Made by a program: the position numbers and the translations under genes. Shown piece after piece: positions 13,521 through 27,605 of a stretch of 64,000 bases of DNA. Numbering within the stretch: position 1 is the stretch's first letter; each line of letters begins with the position of its first letter. The stretch lies in assembly GCF_018977255.1 (NCBI RefSeq), contig NW_024704742.1, positions 17,732,001 through 17,796,000 of the forward strand. The letters run 5' to 3'. Source of the DNA: Callorhinchus milii. Lineage: Eukaryota. The notes below the pieces were generated by a model that saw only the letters and a list, made by a program, of their open reading frames with translations, had not been told where the DNA came from and made no database searches.

Positions 13521-14344
13521 TTATCCACTCACTGCTCAAAATGAGCTTGTGTATGTGGAGTGGGTGGAATGGAGAGGTTATATTGTGCTATTACAACTGT
13601 TGCTTTTATATTCTATTAAAGTACAGCGTTGCATATTTTCTTGTGCTCAGAAATTTCCTAAATTAGGAAACTATTATTCCTTCCTTTAGACACATGTAAG
13701 GTTGCTGTACCTGCTTCACTCGCCATAGCTGGGCCTACTGCATATATAGAACTACAATGAGGAAGCAAAGACATCTTGTTTAAAGCTCGAACACCTTCAC
13801 TAGCCAGTGGGTAAAGGCACTGCCTGATCCCTAAGCCAAAACAGATGTGAAGGTTGCAAGATGGAAGAAGAGCATCACTGAAAATTAGTAATGCCACTTT
13901 CTTCCTAAATCTGCACCCACAAGCTAAACAATGCATGAGATGTGGAACATGGGTTAAACTACTGGCGCTGAAGGGATCTCAAGTGGTTAGCTTGACAGGA
14001 AACGTCTTACAAGCCTCTTTTCTTTTATTCATTTGCACACATTGCCTTAATCTACTTTTACCCTAATGAGACATGTCAGTTTCTGCTACAAAAGCTATTT
14101 ATGGAACCAGCCCAGAGCTAGATTCAGAAACAACATCTGTGAAGAGTTTTTATTCATTGTAATTATTCATACCACTTATTAGCAATAATGGGGTGAAAAG
14201 TGGGACATGTGAAGTGATAATTATCACATCACACGTTGTAATTTTCCACACCACATTTTTTTTTTGCAGTGGTCTCATTTCATTTAGAAACAACAGTTTC
14301 CCTTTTGCCCAAAGAGTCAGTTTTCATAATGGTTGTTAAGAAAT

Positions 14345-14790
14345 TATGTTAGCCTGGCTCAGTTGGCAGCACTTTCACCTATGAATCAAATGATGTGGGT
14401 TCAAGCCCTGTGTCAGGACCTTGAAATCATATAATACAATTGAATTCATGAAGCCTAGCCTGACACTCGAGTGCAATGCTTAGGTATTGATGACAGGTGA
14501 GACCTCCTTCGGATGAAACATGAATCTGAGGTCCCATCTGCTTGCTCAAGTGAACATTAAAGATCCCATGGCATTATCTGAAAGGAGAAGGGAGTTTCTC
14601 CCAGTGTCCTAGCCAACAATCCCCAGACTTAAAAAATTGTTATTCATTTCCTGGCTACTTGTGGGACATTTCTGAATGCAAATTAGCTGCTACGTTTTGC
14701 CTACAAAATACAGTGGCGAAACCTATATGATATCCTGTGAAACTCTTTGAGATCTTCTCTCAACATGGGACAAATTATCATTAATATTAA
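14345..14790 (+). mobile_element. DeuSINE-type element (SacSINE1-like), near full length
   Basis: tRNA-like head (ggctcagttggcagcact...gggttcaagccc), Deu domain (cttcggatgaaacat...gaggtccc...aaagatcccatggca...gggagtttctcccagtgtcctagccaac), 3' part shared with the tRNA-Ala SINE. Confidence 0.8.
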
Positions 14791-17700
14791 AATACTTTTC
14801 TTTCATATACTTTAATTCAGGCTTTGAGGTTTGCTTGCCAAATACACAGCTGGTACACATTGCAGTAAATCCTGTGAGGTCCTTTGAGACATTCTCTAAA
14901 TGTGAAGGATACTATATCAATTTTTTAAAATTATTATTATGGATCTTGGAAAGCAGGCAGACAGAATGCTTGTAATCCACTGAGTTGGCTAAAACAGCAC
15001 GACTGTCCACCAAGAGAAATTAATTAAATTACAACCAACAAGAAGCACAGCTTTGCATGTGGGATAGCAGCACAGAGCCCTTTAAAAAATTATGAAGTAA
15101 AATTTGCAGTATTCCTTAAATTAGTGCAATCATTGATCAGCTCATTAAATTTTTGGTGTTCATTGTGATCTTGGCATTCCTGGCTTTGATACTACCCTGA
15201 CTAACCATTGGTGGCAGTGTCATTGTTTTCGCCTCTTGATCATGAGCGCCAGAGTCTAAATTATCAGGGGGAGGGAGGTTCGGGGGAAACCCACAACTAT
15301 ATTTACTTACATGGCCCCAGTATTGATAGATATCAATCAACAGCTTGACATTACTGAACTCTTTTAAAGTTTTGCTGTATATGTATATCCTTTGGTTGGG
15401 ACATTTGGGATGCATTACAGAATGTCACAAATTTCTCCCAGTTGTATAAGTGCTTCCACAGCTAATTGCTTATATTTCTGCTACTTTACAAGGTCCACTT
15501 GTTTTCTGGAGTTATACATGTAGTTTAATTAAGCGAATCATTACAATTTTACAACAGCACTATGGATCATGATTCCAATTGATCGAAAAAAGATTTGAAA
15601 TGCTCTTTTTAATATGCCCATCGATAGGTTATTTCATTGGTTTACTCCCCAGGTTGCTGTTGCGAATTTAAATTAGATTAGTTTCAGCAATAGAATTACA
15701 ATCCCCTGGGTCAATTTGTCATTTGCGCAGCTCCAGGCATGTATTTGGTTTGAGAGGCTCATGACCAAGCTCTTTGACAGGGTCACCCGTATTCCTTAAT
15801 CACGCTTCTAGTGAGGAGAAATCCCTCTCCATCCTTTCTAATAATTCCAACAAAATAATAATAATCTTTGCATTTCATATAGCACCTTATCACATCACTC
15901 AGACAACTCAAAGTGCTTCACAGAATATACTATAATCGAACCTGGGTCCTCTCACTTGCAAGGCAAGCTTGCTGGATCCTGCTTTTCTTTGTGCAGTGTT
16001 AAGAATCTGGTTTGAATACATTCGCTGTTGTCAGGCACAGGAGGAATTACACGACCATACTCAGGCTGACCTAAAGTTTGAAACTCCATCAGTGATTTGG
16101 CAATTCTTTTTTTTGGTGTGTGTGTATGGTTCCTGACGTCTATTATTTGTCCCGGATTTTAAGACCAAAATTTCCTCTCCTTTTCTCTTTCTGATTGTTT
16201 TGCTCAGACTATTTACTCCAAACCAGGGAGTGGCCATGCGACCAGCACTGACGAGAATAAGGAACAGATGGCATGTCACTCCCAAAGCTGCTATCATGCG
16301 ACTTTAGCAAAGGCTTGAGGGCAGCCTGAGGTCCTGACCACTGGATCTAGCTCACCCCAGTGAGTGGGGTTTGGAAGAGAGGCGGAGAAAATGAAAAAGA
16401 TTGTCATAATGCACCAAATGTAAAAATTAGAATGTAGTGAAACAGAGAATTACATACAGCAGCCAGTACTTCATCCAAGGAAATAAAAGATCACAGAGAA
16501 CATAAAGAAGTAATGTGTGATGAGGTCAGGTCTTAGAGTTATGAATTGATTTGTATCTAGATGTTGCTGCCAGTAGGAGAACACAGTCCACAATGATTGA
16601 AGTGTTCTGCGACTCTGGTAAACCTCAGTCAAAGAATTCAGTTTTGACCCTTGTAAACCACTGGAATTTTTTCTGGTGAACACCAGTTTCTGCCCAAGCT
16701 GTAGGTGTCTCCTTTACAGATGTTTCAATGGATGTTCCAACTTCCACATCTGGATATCGGCAGAATTCACTGGTTACAAATTCTGCATCTTGGACAAATT
16801 AGACTTCAATGTAGAGAGTGTTTCATGTATCCTGCAACTGTAATTCTTAAAGCTGAATGCCAGAATTAGTTTTCAGTCCATCACTTTACGAAGAATAAAG
16901 ATAGGTCATTCATTACCTCATTGAGGGTAGGAGGTCTTAAACTGGCTTTTCATCAACCTCTGCCCAAAGGTAAAGGACATTATTGGTGGACTCAACCTGG
17001 GTGTCTGTTATCATTATCCCAAGATGAACATGAACCTAGTGTTGAGTAAATCTGTTCGGTTCAAATAGGCTTGATCAACACAGAACTTAGTTGGGAGCAA
17101 ATTAGTTTCTGAGTTTAACGAACTTGCCTAAAATGCATGTTCGAACACTGAAGCTGCTTATAAGTGACTAACGGGAGCCTGGTAAGGGCTGCACTGAGGT
17201 ACAGGACCTTCCTGTGGGTTATTAGTGCCCCCATGTGGAAGCTAGAAAAACTGTTAAGAAAATGCACTGGAGTGTTTTTTTTAATATCATAGTTGAAAGA
17301 GCTGTTCTTCAGAATGTCTTTTTCAAAGGGCAGCTTGTACTTACAATGGCATTTCACTCTGAAAAGTATCAGATGAACTGTGGTCCATGTACTCCTGACT
17401 CTGTACAGAGATGGATATGCAGTTCAAATACAGTGCAACAATGTTGAGAATACAATAAATAGCTGCTGTTCTCTGGCCTAGTCTCATCATCTACCATACT
17501 TCAAGGGAGGAGCATTGCACGGATCAGTGGGATGGGAAAAGTGTGACTTGTTGGCTGGGGCTATCGATCTAATAGGCATTGGATGTTTTCCAGTATATCA
17601 GATATCTGGGAACCTAGAAAGGGAGTGTCCTGATGGTCATCAAAGCCAAGTCCTCATCCAACAACCACAAACGCTCACTTACCAGCTTCCTAAATTTCTC

Positions 17701-18868
17701 ATGGCCCCCAGGTTAAGACTGTAAGATTGCACACTATTTGTAATTTTACAAAATTCTGCACGACACATTTCAAGACTGAAGCAGTGCAGGCCAAACTACA
17801 GCATAAGCATTCACACTAGTCTAGGAAACTCCATGTTTGGTTGGTAGTGTGTTTCCAGGTTTTGTTTGATTGAATATTTCTTGATTTATGGCATTAATGA
17901 AGAAAATTTATTTTGATAGCCGACCAAAAATATTGGCTACCGTTGCTTAAAAGGCTCAAAACGAGAGTTTTCTGGGCTCTGAAGCAGAGAACTCAATTGA
18001 TTTTTTTCTCTTTAAAAGCTGATTGTGGTGTTTTCAGTGCTGCTTTGACTGAAATCAGATGATACACACCAGGGGTCAAAGGTCTATGTGGCTTAGTACT
18101 CACTGAATGCATTTGGTGAATCCTTAAGATGGCCATTAAGGACACTACCAGTGATAAATGTGTAGCAAAAATTGTGAGTGCACATTCCAAAAACAGAAGA
18201 AATTAACTTCTATTCCAACATCTCCTTGAGTAAATATTAACTGTAATTTGCTCTGTAATTTCCAAATAAAGGAAGTTTCACATTCTCCCATCCACTTGAG
18301 GTAAAGGATATCACAAGGTACTTGCACATGGGTCAAACAAGAATAAAAAGGGAGTAATATAGACAGGAAGTTCAGTTTATTATCAATAAAAATAATAATC
18401 CACATTGTCAGAGGTATAGTCCTTCAGATGAGACATTAAAATTAGGTCCTGCCTGCCTGTTCAGTTGGATGTTAAAGATCCCATGGCACTATTTGAAAAG
18501 AGGTTATTATGAATAATAATCCTTGCATTTGATATAACGCCTTGTCACATTGTCGAAACATCTCAAAGCATTTCACAGAATTGTTAATACGAATTGTAGT
18601 GACTGCGTCTTTTTAGGCGAACATGGGAGCAAATTTGTGCACTGCACAAACAGCTATGAAGTGAATGACCAATTTATCTGGAAGATTTCTGGCCAAGACA
18701 CTTCAGCTTACTCTGAGAGCTAGTGCAGACTTGTTCCTTCTTGCACTGTAACTATTTATGATTCTACATTCCTGTGACCATCAGTCACCAAAATCTGTCC
18801 AGAGGTTTATTTTGTAAATTGTTGTTCAGCTTTGATTTATTTGTCTGACCTCACATTTCTGCTTCCAG

Positions 18869-18986
18869 GATCTTTGGTCACATCAGCTTCCGCTCAGACT
18901 GGGAGCTAGTAAAAGTGGACTTCAGACCGACTTTCCCCAGACATTGCTTACCTGATGACTACGACTCATGGAATCTAATGAATCAG
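18869..18986 (+). CDS. SORCS2: SORCS2 coding exon: IFGHISFRSDWELVKVDFRPTFPRHCLPDDYDSWNLMNQ
   Basis: tccag|G...CAG|gtacc, 118 nt, phase 2 to 0; end of the beta-propeller and start of 10CC. Confidence 0.96.
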
Positions 18987-20211
18987 GTACCACATCTAAC
19001 AATCATCCTGGCACACTGCTCTGTAAATACGAGTGGGATTTGAAACACACCCAGGATAGACTCGGGGAAAGGGGGCACAGAGCTAAGAGGAGGTACAGAG
19101 AGCAACAGGGTGCAGAGTACCATTGACATATGCTTGCCCACTCGGCTGACTGGGAGGCAAGAAGTAAGAGAGAGGAGGGAGATTGAGTTGGTTAATTTAA
19201 ACGTCATGAATTTGCACAAGGTATTGATGACCTGGGAATTCACTGGAAATGATAATCCTATCACCTCCTTCTAATTGTTCACACGTGGGTCAAATTTGCA
19301 GTATTTCTTAAAAACGATTGCATGACTGGAAATGCAGACTCCTTTCAGCAACCAGAATTACATTCCCCCGACATAAGGAAACGCCAAACGAACAAGGAGA
19401 GGTGTCTCCAGGGGTCAATGGGAATTCTAAGAGAGGAATCCAATTACCAAATATCACAATGGTTGATGGTTGATGCCATGAATTTGTTTACAACTGGTCA
19501 ATCTTGTCGCTGGTCAGAGCTGTCATCTTAGATTTACCAGAAATCAATACAGAGGAGAAGCTCACACTGTCATTCTGCCAGCAGATAGAAACATCCACTC
19601 CATCATTCATGCATTCAGTGTCTCTGCTTTCTCTTAGATCATATATGCTGAGTTACAGTAAGAGCAGTTGACAGTGTCACTTTCAGGCTAGTGTTGGCTG
19701 AAGATCCCCACGAGATACCCACTCTGTAAATAGCATAATAAGGACTAAAAGTATCAATATTGTAAATGCATTCTCAAGAATCTTGTTATCTTATATAGTA
19801 TCCATTGTAGTTTGGACTATTCCAGGCCAGGTTGATATTTTAGTAATATACTATCACATTTACAGGGATATTGCCCGCAAAATACACAGTAATTCCACTT
19901 TACAGTATATGCTGTGAAGCGCTTTGATAAGTCTCAACAACGTGATAAGGTGCTATATCAAATGCAAGGATTAATATTACATCGCGAGGTACCTTTCTTC
20001 CAGCATGTGATACAGTTTGCACTGTCACTCCCGATGGGTGCTTTTTAAGACTCTAGCAGTTTATGTAACAGTTTGGTCAGATTCTTTGTGAATTTTCTAA
20101 CAGAGTTGCTCTCACAGTATGGCACGATTTCTCTTTAAACAAATCTGAACCGCTGAGGAGTCCACCCCAAACCACTGTGGGTTCACTGACCAACAATGTC
20201 TCCCTGTTTAG

Positions 20212-20345
20212 GCCGAGCACTGTATCATGGGTGAGCGGAGAGAGTTCAGGAAGCGGAAAATATCTTCGTGGTGCATTAAAGGAAAGAACTTCACATCTGC
20301 TGTCACATCCAAACCTTGCCAGTGCACAGACTTCGACTTTGAGTG
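20212..20345 (+). CDS. SORCS2: SORCS2 coding exon (10CC): AEHCIMGERREFRKRKISSWCIKGKNFTSAVTSKPCQCTDFDFEC
   Basis: tttag|GCC...TG|gtaat, 134 nt; Vps10p 10CC cysteine pattern CIMG...RKRK...C...CxC...DFEC. Confidence 0.97.
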
Positions 20346-20983
20346 GTAATTATCCCTTCATTTGACAATTTCACCGCACTTCCGGTGAACTCCCCCATCC
20401 TCCCCCCCACCACCTTATCCCCATACCCCTGACCGGCTCGGGTGGCCGGCCGGCCAGCCAGCTGTGGGAAGTGCTTTGAGACATTCTCCTGACGTGAAAC
20501 CACACCGTATAAATTAAACTGTATTCTGTTTGCACACGAGGCTGCTGAGTACAACGGAATTTCGCACAAGATTAGAAATTGCCAGATGTGAGAGATTAGC
20601 AGTCACATAATTGAAGCACTGTAATACTTGATCTGTCTGCATTGTGCCTATGTGGGATTCGAGAGATACAGTTGTGTGGGAATATATGTGATGTACAGAG
20701 GCCAACGCTACCTTGTGTAGTCTTAACATGCATTTCACTATAACATATGGCAGCTTTCATATCCTTAAATTAAATCTCAGTATCGCTGTTTGTCAAGTCA
20801 CGTGACTCCATTGCAGAGCCTGGGGATGGCCATTCACTACGACACTCCATTAACAAAGATCAGATAAAAAATTGATGCTAAAATGAATTCCACCTAACTT
20901 GTCTATGTAGAGTTTCCTTGTTTGCCTTCTTTGTTCAGCCTGCCATTTGCTCATTTTTATGTTTAATTGGATTTTATTTGCAG

Positions 20984-21097
20984 CGACTATGGGTTTGAGC
21001 AGCAGAAAAATGGCCAGTGCTTCCCAGCATTTTGGTACAATCCAGATGCCCCCTCTGAGCATTGCAGATTGGGACAGACCTACACCAGCAGTTCTGG
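20984..21097 (+). CDS. SORCS2: SORCS2 coding exon (10CC): DYGFEQQKNGQCFPAFWYNPDAPSEHCRLGQTYTSSSG
   Basis: tgcag|C...GG|gtaag, 114 nt, phase 2 to 2; CDYGF and C.LGQTY motifs. Confidence 0.95.
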
Positions 21098-22297
21098 GTA
21101 AGTACCAGCATGTATGTCCAGAAAGAATATAAATCTTGACCAGGCAACCTCACCACTCTGGTCTCACTCCTTCCCCAACAAACAAAAAACTGTATTTCGA
21201 TATTGTAAGAGATCACAAAACAGGTTCAGATGAAGAAGGCCCCTTGATCTCATCCTTTCAGAATAACAACCCGAGCATCTTCCCACCCAGGTTACGTGCA
21301 TTCTTCTCGGTCCATTGTTATTGGAGAGTCGGCCCGGAGAGGGGAGAGCCAGTGGATATTTATTAAATTTTCTCTTATTTAAGTTAAATTGTTGACAGTG
21401 GAAATGTAAATTGGTTGCTATTGGACAGAAGGCATCACATTACATTTTGATTGACAGGAGTTCTTTTGGGAGCCTTCTAGAAATGTCTGAGAAAGAAGTG
21501 TTTCTAATGTTTCTTTAACCATACTTCTGGTTATTTTCTCCCTCCCCCGCACTGTTGAGACATCTTCTGAAAGGTGCTCTCTAAATGTAAATTATATTGT
21601 AATGGTTCCAAATCCTTACAAAATCAGCTATGGTTGCATAATTTATATTTTTTTTACCCTATTTTTATCAAGCGCCTGCACAGGAAAGGAATAAATCTCC
21701 TGTCTCTACCAAAATTATTATATAGATTCTCTCTCAGAATTTTGGACTGGGAACTCATGACAATTAAAATTCAGTTCCAAGCAGAAATATTCCCCAATTA
21801 TCTTGGATTTGTGCTCAGCACATTCAATGCGCTTTAAGAAATATCACACACATTACAAAATATGTACCTGGAAGACAACAGTGCATTTGAAAGAATTCCT
21901 GTTGTTTATGGTTTGGGCCGAATTCCTACATGAATGATTGAACAGCCCAAGGTTAAGGATGTGCAAATTGCTTTTGTGTTATCAGTAGTTTATGGAATGA
22001 ATCAAAAGCACACAAGTGACAAATATATCAGAATTCGAATGAAAAATAGTGTCCTTCCCATAATACCTACAGGTGTTCCCTTCCCACCCACTGCCTCAAA
22101 CTTTATTTGAGAAGGGTCTTTCAGAGGCTCTCTCCTGAGTAGAAAAGGACCTGGGAGGCAGCATTAAAGACAACGGAAAAAACCCAAATAATTTGTATGT
22201 AATACCCAGTGCACCAAAAAAACCTTCGTCTACCTCTTAAAATTCTGTGGCTCTGTGAAAGCTGTTGCTGAAGCTGAACTGTGTGTATTTTGAACAG

Positions 22298-22469
22298 GTA
22301 CAGAAAGGTGGTGCTGAATGTCTGTGAAGGTGGTGTGGACAAACAGCAGGGTTCAACACAGCACCAGTGCCCACTAATGGCCCCCAAAGGACTTCGTATT
22401 GTCACTAAAGGTGAACGGCTGGCGGTCAACCCGGGTGATGATGTTACCTTCATAGTATCACAGGACCAG
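22298..22469 (+). CDS. SORCS2: SORCS2 coding exon: YRKVVLNVCEGGVDKQQGSTQHQCPLMAPKGLRIVTKGERLAVNPGDDVTFIVSQDQ
   Basis: aacag|G...CAG|gtaaa, 172 nt; GYRKV..N.CEGG end of 10CC leading into the PKD domain. Confidence 0.97.
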
Positions 22470-22539
22470 GTAAATACGGTGACTTCTGATTCCACCAAAG
22501 GAACCCGTTTTGGTCAGAAACATTTATAAGGATGTTATT

Positions 22540-22850
22540 AATAATAATTCTTGCTTTTGATATAGAGCCTTATCAGGTTGAATTTAGCTCAAAGCACTTT
22601 ACAGAGGGTTACAGAAATATCTCATAGACAGACAAGATGTGAGCAAACAATTTTTTTCTGGCGGATTATTAGTCAGAACACCGGGAGAAACTTACTTTTC
22701 TTTTTCGAATAGTGCCATGGGATCTTTTAACTTGAACAGGCAGACAGGACCTCAGTTTTAACATCTCACCTGAAGGCGTCTGACAAACCAGCACGCCACC
22801 AGGACTGTACAGCAGCATCAGCCTAGACTGTGAACTCGAAGTCCTGACGT
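22540..22850 (-). mobile_element. DeuSINE-type element
   Basis: Reverse complement has gccttcaggtgagatgttaaaactgaggtcctgtctgcc...aaaagatcccatggcactattcgaaaaag...tttctcccggtgttctg and a (TTA)n tail. Confidence 0.75.
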
Positions 22851-23574
22851 TCATCTCCGTACCTCATTTGGTTGAAGCAAACATTAGGATGTGAGAAATC
22901 TATGAACTTTGTTGCTGTCCAATTTCCCCAATCCTTCTGCTCTCCCTGAAACTACCACAATCAAACTCCTATGCATCAGCCTATATTTTACAAGCTTCAA
23001 GATTTCATGTTTCTAAGCCCTTTAGTATATACCACTCCAAGGCAGCCAAGTTTGTGATATTTGCTTAATCGGTATGATTGAAACTTCTAGATTGAGTCTG
23101 TGAAATGTGCTGTGAAGTTCACAAACTGGAAGCTGCGATTAACACTACAAATCTGTTTTACGAATATTGCAAACTACACCCAAACATTGATATCAACACG
23201 GCTAGTGAGCAAATCTCTCAATGGCAGCCAGGGTGGTAAAAATTGTGAAATTAACAATGTCTTAACAGGGGAGGAAACCTGTTATGAGTTTGTTTTTAAA
23301 TCCCACAACCTGAAATACTATTTCCTTCAATGTACCTAGAATGCGATATTCACAACAGACACAAATGGGATCTTTTGACTAAAGCAATATGAGCCAATCT
23401 TTAGGAACATGGGACTGCCCAGGTCCTAGAAGAAGTGCTGACGAGAGCAACAAGCATGATGCTAAGTGTTAGAGTATGAGCAAGATTAAAAAAAAGCTCA
23501 GGCTCTTCAGCCTTGAGAGAAGATTTCTCAGAGGGGATCTCATAGAGGTGTATAACCTATTAAATCTTTCCCAG

Positions 23575-23885
23575 CATATCCTTCAGATGAGACTTTAAAC
23601 CAAGGTCCCACGTGCCTGTTTAGACGGATGTTAAAAGATTCCACGGCACTATTGAAAAAGAGAAGAAAGTCTCAACGAGTTCCCTGGCTAACAACCCCCC
23701 CCCCCCAAGTGAAATTGGTCACTCAAATCATGAGAGTTTGTGCGACATTGCTGTGTGCAAACTGGCGGCTGCATTTCGCCCACAAAATACACAAATGAAT
23801 CCACTTTACAGTATATTTATTTTGTAAAGCGCTTTGAGACATCTCGACAAAACTATATCAAATGCAACAATTATTATTATTATAT
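23575..23885 (+). mobile_element. 5'-truncated DeuSINE-type element, preceded by a small CR1 fragment (about 23450-23560)
   Basis: ccttcagatgagactttaaaccaaggtccc...aaaagattccacggcactattg..., tail aactatatcaaatgcaacaattattattat. Confidence 0.7.
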
Positions 23886-25204
23886 TATTGCACATCTATT
23901 CCAGGCAAGGTATTTCACTACTTGAAATTTCATCCAGTTGGTTGCTCTACATTTTAACATGTTCTGTTTGCCAACACAAAGCCACTATTTGTCAATTATC
24001 CTTTTTTATGTAAAAATAATGATTTCTACCATCATCCTTCACATCTTTCACTCTTCTGAAGACAGACTTATGAAACACTCCAAATGTCACCACCAAAGCC
24101 TTAATAACTACATCTCCACAACATCCCTGGGAAAGTTTCAGTTCCTTATAGACACCTCCCTGGAGGGTGCTGTGTGTGTTTATTGTGTGGGCAGTTGAGA
24201 ATAGGTTGGGCTCAGCTTCAATAACTCCTCCCACCCCCATTGAATAGCCTATATGGCCTCCCAAATTAAAAAAAAATTCTGTGAGTTGGAGGGGGAGGGA
24301 AGAGGTAAGGAATAAGTCTTTTAACAGTCAGTGCTGATTCCAGACGCACCTCCCTGGAGCTTCAGATGACAAGCAACACCACCATCAAAGCTCACCAGGA
24401 CCGTGTGGAAATGAGTGCATCAATATGCATATGGAAGTGCCAAACTGCAGTTTGTGTTTCTAAGCAGATCAATTACCAATTGCCTTCAGTGTTTGCTTTA
24501 GCTCTGACGTAGGTTGGATGAGTAAAACTGAGTGCATATGTTAATAACATCTCAATTGCTCCCTCGTATTGTCTCCATCCTTAAACATGCATCTCTGAAT
24601 GATCACAGCATTCTATTATTAGTGCAGGCCTGATCTAATCTGTGGGCAGCTGAATGGGATATAAAAATCATCAACACTTTATAGTGGACTCCAGCGCTGA
24701 CCCATCAAACTCCCATTTCAATCTGGAAGCCTGATCAGGCAATGGTTTCTAGTATTTGGATATTGCCTCTGCAAAGCCCATATTCTCTGCTGCTGAAAAT
24801 GTACATTGTGAATTTTAAAACTGTGAGTGGAACTGTGCTTAAAGAGAGAAGTAAAATAATTTAATGATACATTTTCTGCAAGTAATTCAACCTGTCAGAT
24901 TGAGGCAGGCAATTCATCCATTACCAGTAATAGTCCAAAGAGTGTGATTGTGGCATATTGAGGAGATGACAGCTGACTAAAATTGAGTTTAGTGGGAATT
25001 TACAACTAGTGTATTAATCTGAAATTTCACAGTGGCATCTTCAGAATCAAAATATTTAAAGTAGAACTACTCAGGTTTATGAAGTCAAGAATTCAATTAA
25101 AATAATTCATGTAATCCCTTTTCCTCTTCTACTCAATCATTATAGATTCAGAGGAAAAGAAATGCAGTGTTTCATAACAAAGGAATTAATCATTAAATGT
25201 GTTA

Positions 25205-25805
25205 AGGTGCCAGCCTGTCTTAGTTAGCAGCATCTTGCCTCTGAATCAAAAGACAACATTGGGACTTTGAACTCATAATCTAGAATGACACTCCAGTGCA
25301 AGAACTGGGTGAGCACTACATTGTCAGAGGCATTATCCTTTGGATGAAACTGCAACCCTTCTGCCTGTTCGGGTGGATGTTAAAGATCCCATTGGCACTA
25401 TTCAAAATGAGAAGAGAATTTTTCATGGGTGTCCTGGTGAACAATCCTCCAGGGACCATTCCTGTGCACAAATTGACTGGAATATTTGCCTAAAAATACA
25501 GTCGCTACACTTCATTGTGTTTCTTTTTTGAAATTCTGTATTCTAACTAAAACTGTTGCCTTAAAATTTAGAATTATCCAGAATTTGGGAAAATTCTGAA
25601 ACTCAATCTTAATTTGGAAACTGTTTTTCCGCAGTTCTCTGTACGGAGTGGAGGAGGGGTTAAAAATTATTGCTGTGTGAAAATTGGATGCCATGTTTGC
25701 CTTCAAAAATATAATCACTACACTTTAAAATAAATACTGTAAAGCACTTTGAGACATCCTTCTGTTATGAAAGGCCTTCATCAAATGCAAGGATTATTAT
25801 TTATT
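25205..25805 (+). mobile_element. DeuSINE-type element plus a second SINE 3' half, separated by an unrelated AT-rich segment
   Basis: Head and Deu domain at about 25205-25445; SINE 3' parts at about 25450-25515 and 25670-25805. Confidence 0.6.
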
Positions 25806-26628
25806 AAGGTTCAAAATGCAAGATTCGTAAGGCACAAGCTGTGATATTGCCAGCATTTTGCTTTCCGTCCATTTCTCGGCCAGGATAAAGATCCACAGAA
25901 ATGTGGAGCAAAAGCTTCACTGATAACAAAATGGTCTTTGCTGGATCTCTGGAATCCCGATTTATTAGAGAATTTGTCCTTGAATTTGTAAGAGGATCTC
26001 GAATTTTGCAAATTGAACTTCAAATTTAATGCAATAACTTCCAGCTTGCAAATATCGCATTTTCATCCCCAACATCTGTTTTGTACGTACAATAGATTGT
26101 TTGTATGACCAGTGCCATTAATAATGACTACTTAGAAGAGTGAAAATTCCTTGGATTTTATTGTGTAGTGTGTAATAAATACTTTTATTGAGACAAATAA
26201 TAAACCAGGTCATGGTTGTAGAAACACATCTGGCACTATTTTAACATCCGTCTAAGCAGCCAATAAATTAAACTGAGTTAATGTGGTTTGATGCTTCCCA
26301 AATGCATTACCTCAAATAGCTCCTCATTTCCATGTTTTTTTTAAAAAATCATCTTGATTAACATTAATCGGGCTATCAGTGTAAAGCACAACTTGTGTAC
26401 AAATATACACCTGATGGGAAAGAGACCGTAATTTGCTCTCAATTGATAAGTGAACTGAGCCTACATACCTGGGCTGTGGTTGTGCCCTTTCTGAGTGATT
26501 GTGTCTAATTTGAGCAATCTAATGCATGATCTTTCTTTCATGTCATAAGAACATAAAGTTCTAATGTCAGGCATCTATGTGATCTTTTATCTCAAAGCTA
26601 AAACTGCCTCTTTCTGTTCTGTTGTCAG

Positions 26629-26815
26629 GGTGATACGTTAAACACAAAGTATCAGGTGGATCTTGGTGATGGCTTTAGGGCCATTTATGTCAATCTCACG
26701 CTCATGGACGAACCAATTCTACACAGATATGAGAAACCAGGAATCTACCGTGTCTCTGTCAAAGCAGAAAACAGTGCAGGGTCTGATGAAGCAATGGTAT
26801 ACATCCAGGTTAACT
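26629..26815 (+). CDS. SORCS2: SORCS2 coding exon (PKD domain): GDTLNTKYQVDLGDGFRAIYVNLTLMDEPILHRYEKPGIYRVSVKAENSAGSDEAMVYIQVN
   Basis: gtcag|GGT...T|gtaag, 187 nt; PKD signature DLGDG...H.Y..PG.Y.V.V.A.N..G. Confidence 0.97.
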
Positions 26816-27605
26816 GTAAGTTTGTCATTCGTTCAGCATGTGAAAAGCATCTTCAGCCCCAGTTACATCCAATGAGGATGTTTTTTGATAATATTTCACA
26901 AATATGTCATTGATTTCCGAATTTGGTTTCAATCATTGTATTTTCCTTACTGCCCAATGTTGCCAACAGCAACTGTGAGCTATTGTATGGTTTTGAAGAC
27001 TTTCCATTGAGATATGTGCTAGTGGGTTAGAATTCTACCCATTCATTTCTGTGACCTGGGTTTAATCCAATCTGGATTTATAGGATCGAAGCTTCACTTC
27101 TTTGTTGGCTGATATTTTGTTTACTACAAGCTGGCATTCCACTAACCCAGTGGGCCACGGGACAGTATTCAAGTTCAGTATCTCATACCTGGTCGACCAC
27201 TAAGTTGAGCTCATTATTGTAGTAGAGGGAGTTTTACTTTGCATCTTGCTGTGCTGACACTAAATGGTGATATTTTGCTTCTCTCTTTGAGTGATAATCA
27301 TTCATTGCTAAAGGCATTTCAATTGGGTGCCCAAAACAAGTAAAGTGTTCCACTTTCCTTCTCTAACTTGCCTTATGCAATTCAGCATAAATAGTGCACA
27401 ATTTAAAGAGAGTAATTTCTGCAGAAATCACAAGACAGTTTGTAGATTCAAAAGCCCGAATCATTGCTTCCATATTGTGTTGAGGAGAAGTGTGAAGTGA
27501 TGAACTGACTAAAATGTGTAAAATATAATTTGCTGTTGGAATGCTTTGTGGCCACGTTTCCTATAGAGATGCTGACAATGTGTTAACATTGTCTGCTTTC
27601 CTCAG

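Noticed and set aside
16230-16300. Hammerhead ribozyme-like CUGANGA cores (also at about 57486)
   Set aside because: No correctly placed GAAA or closing stems were found.
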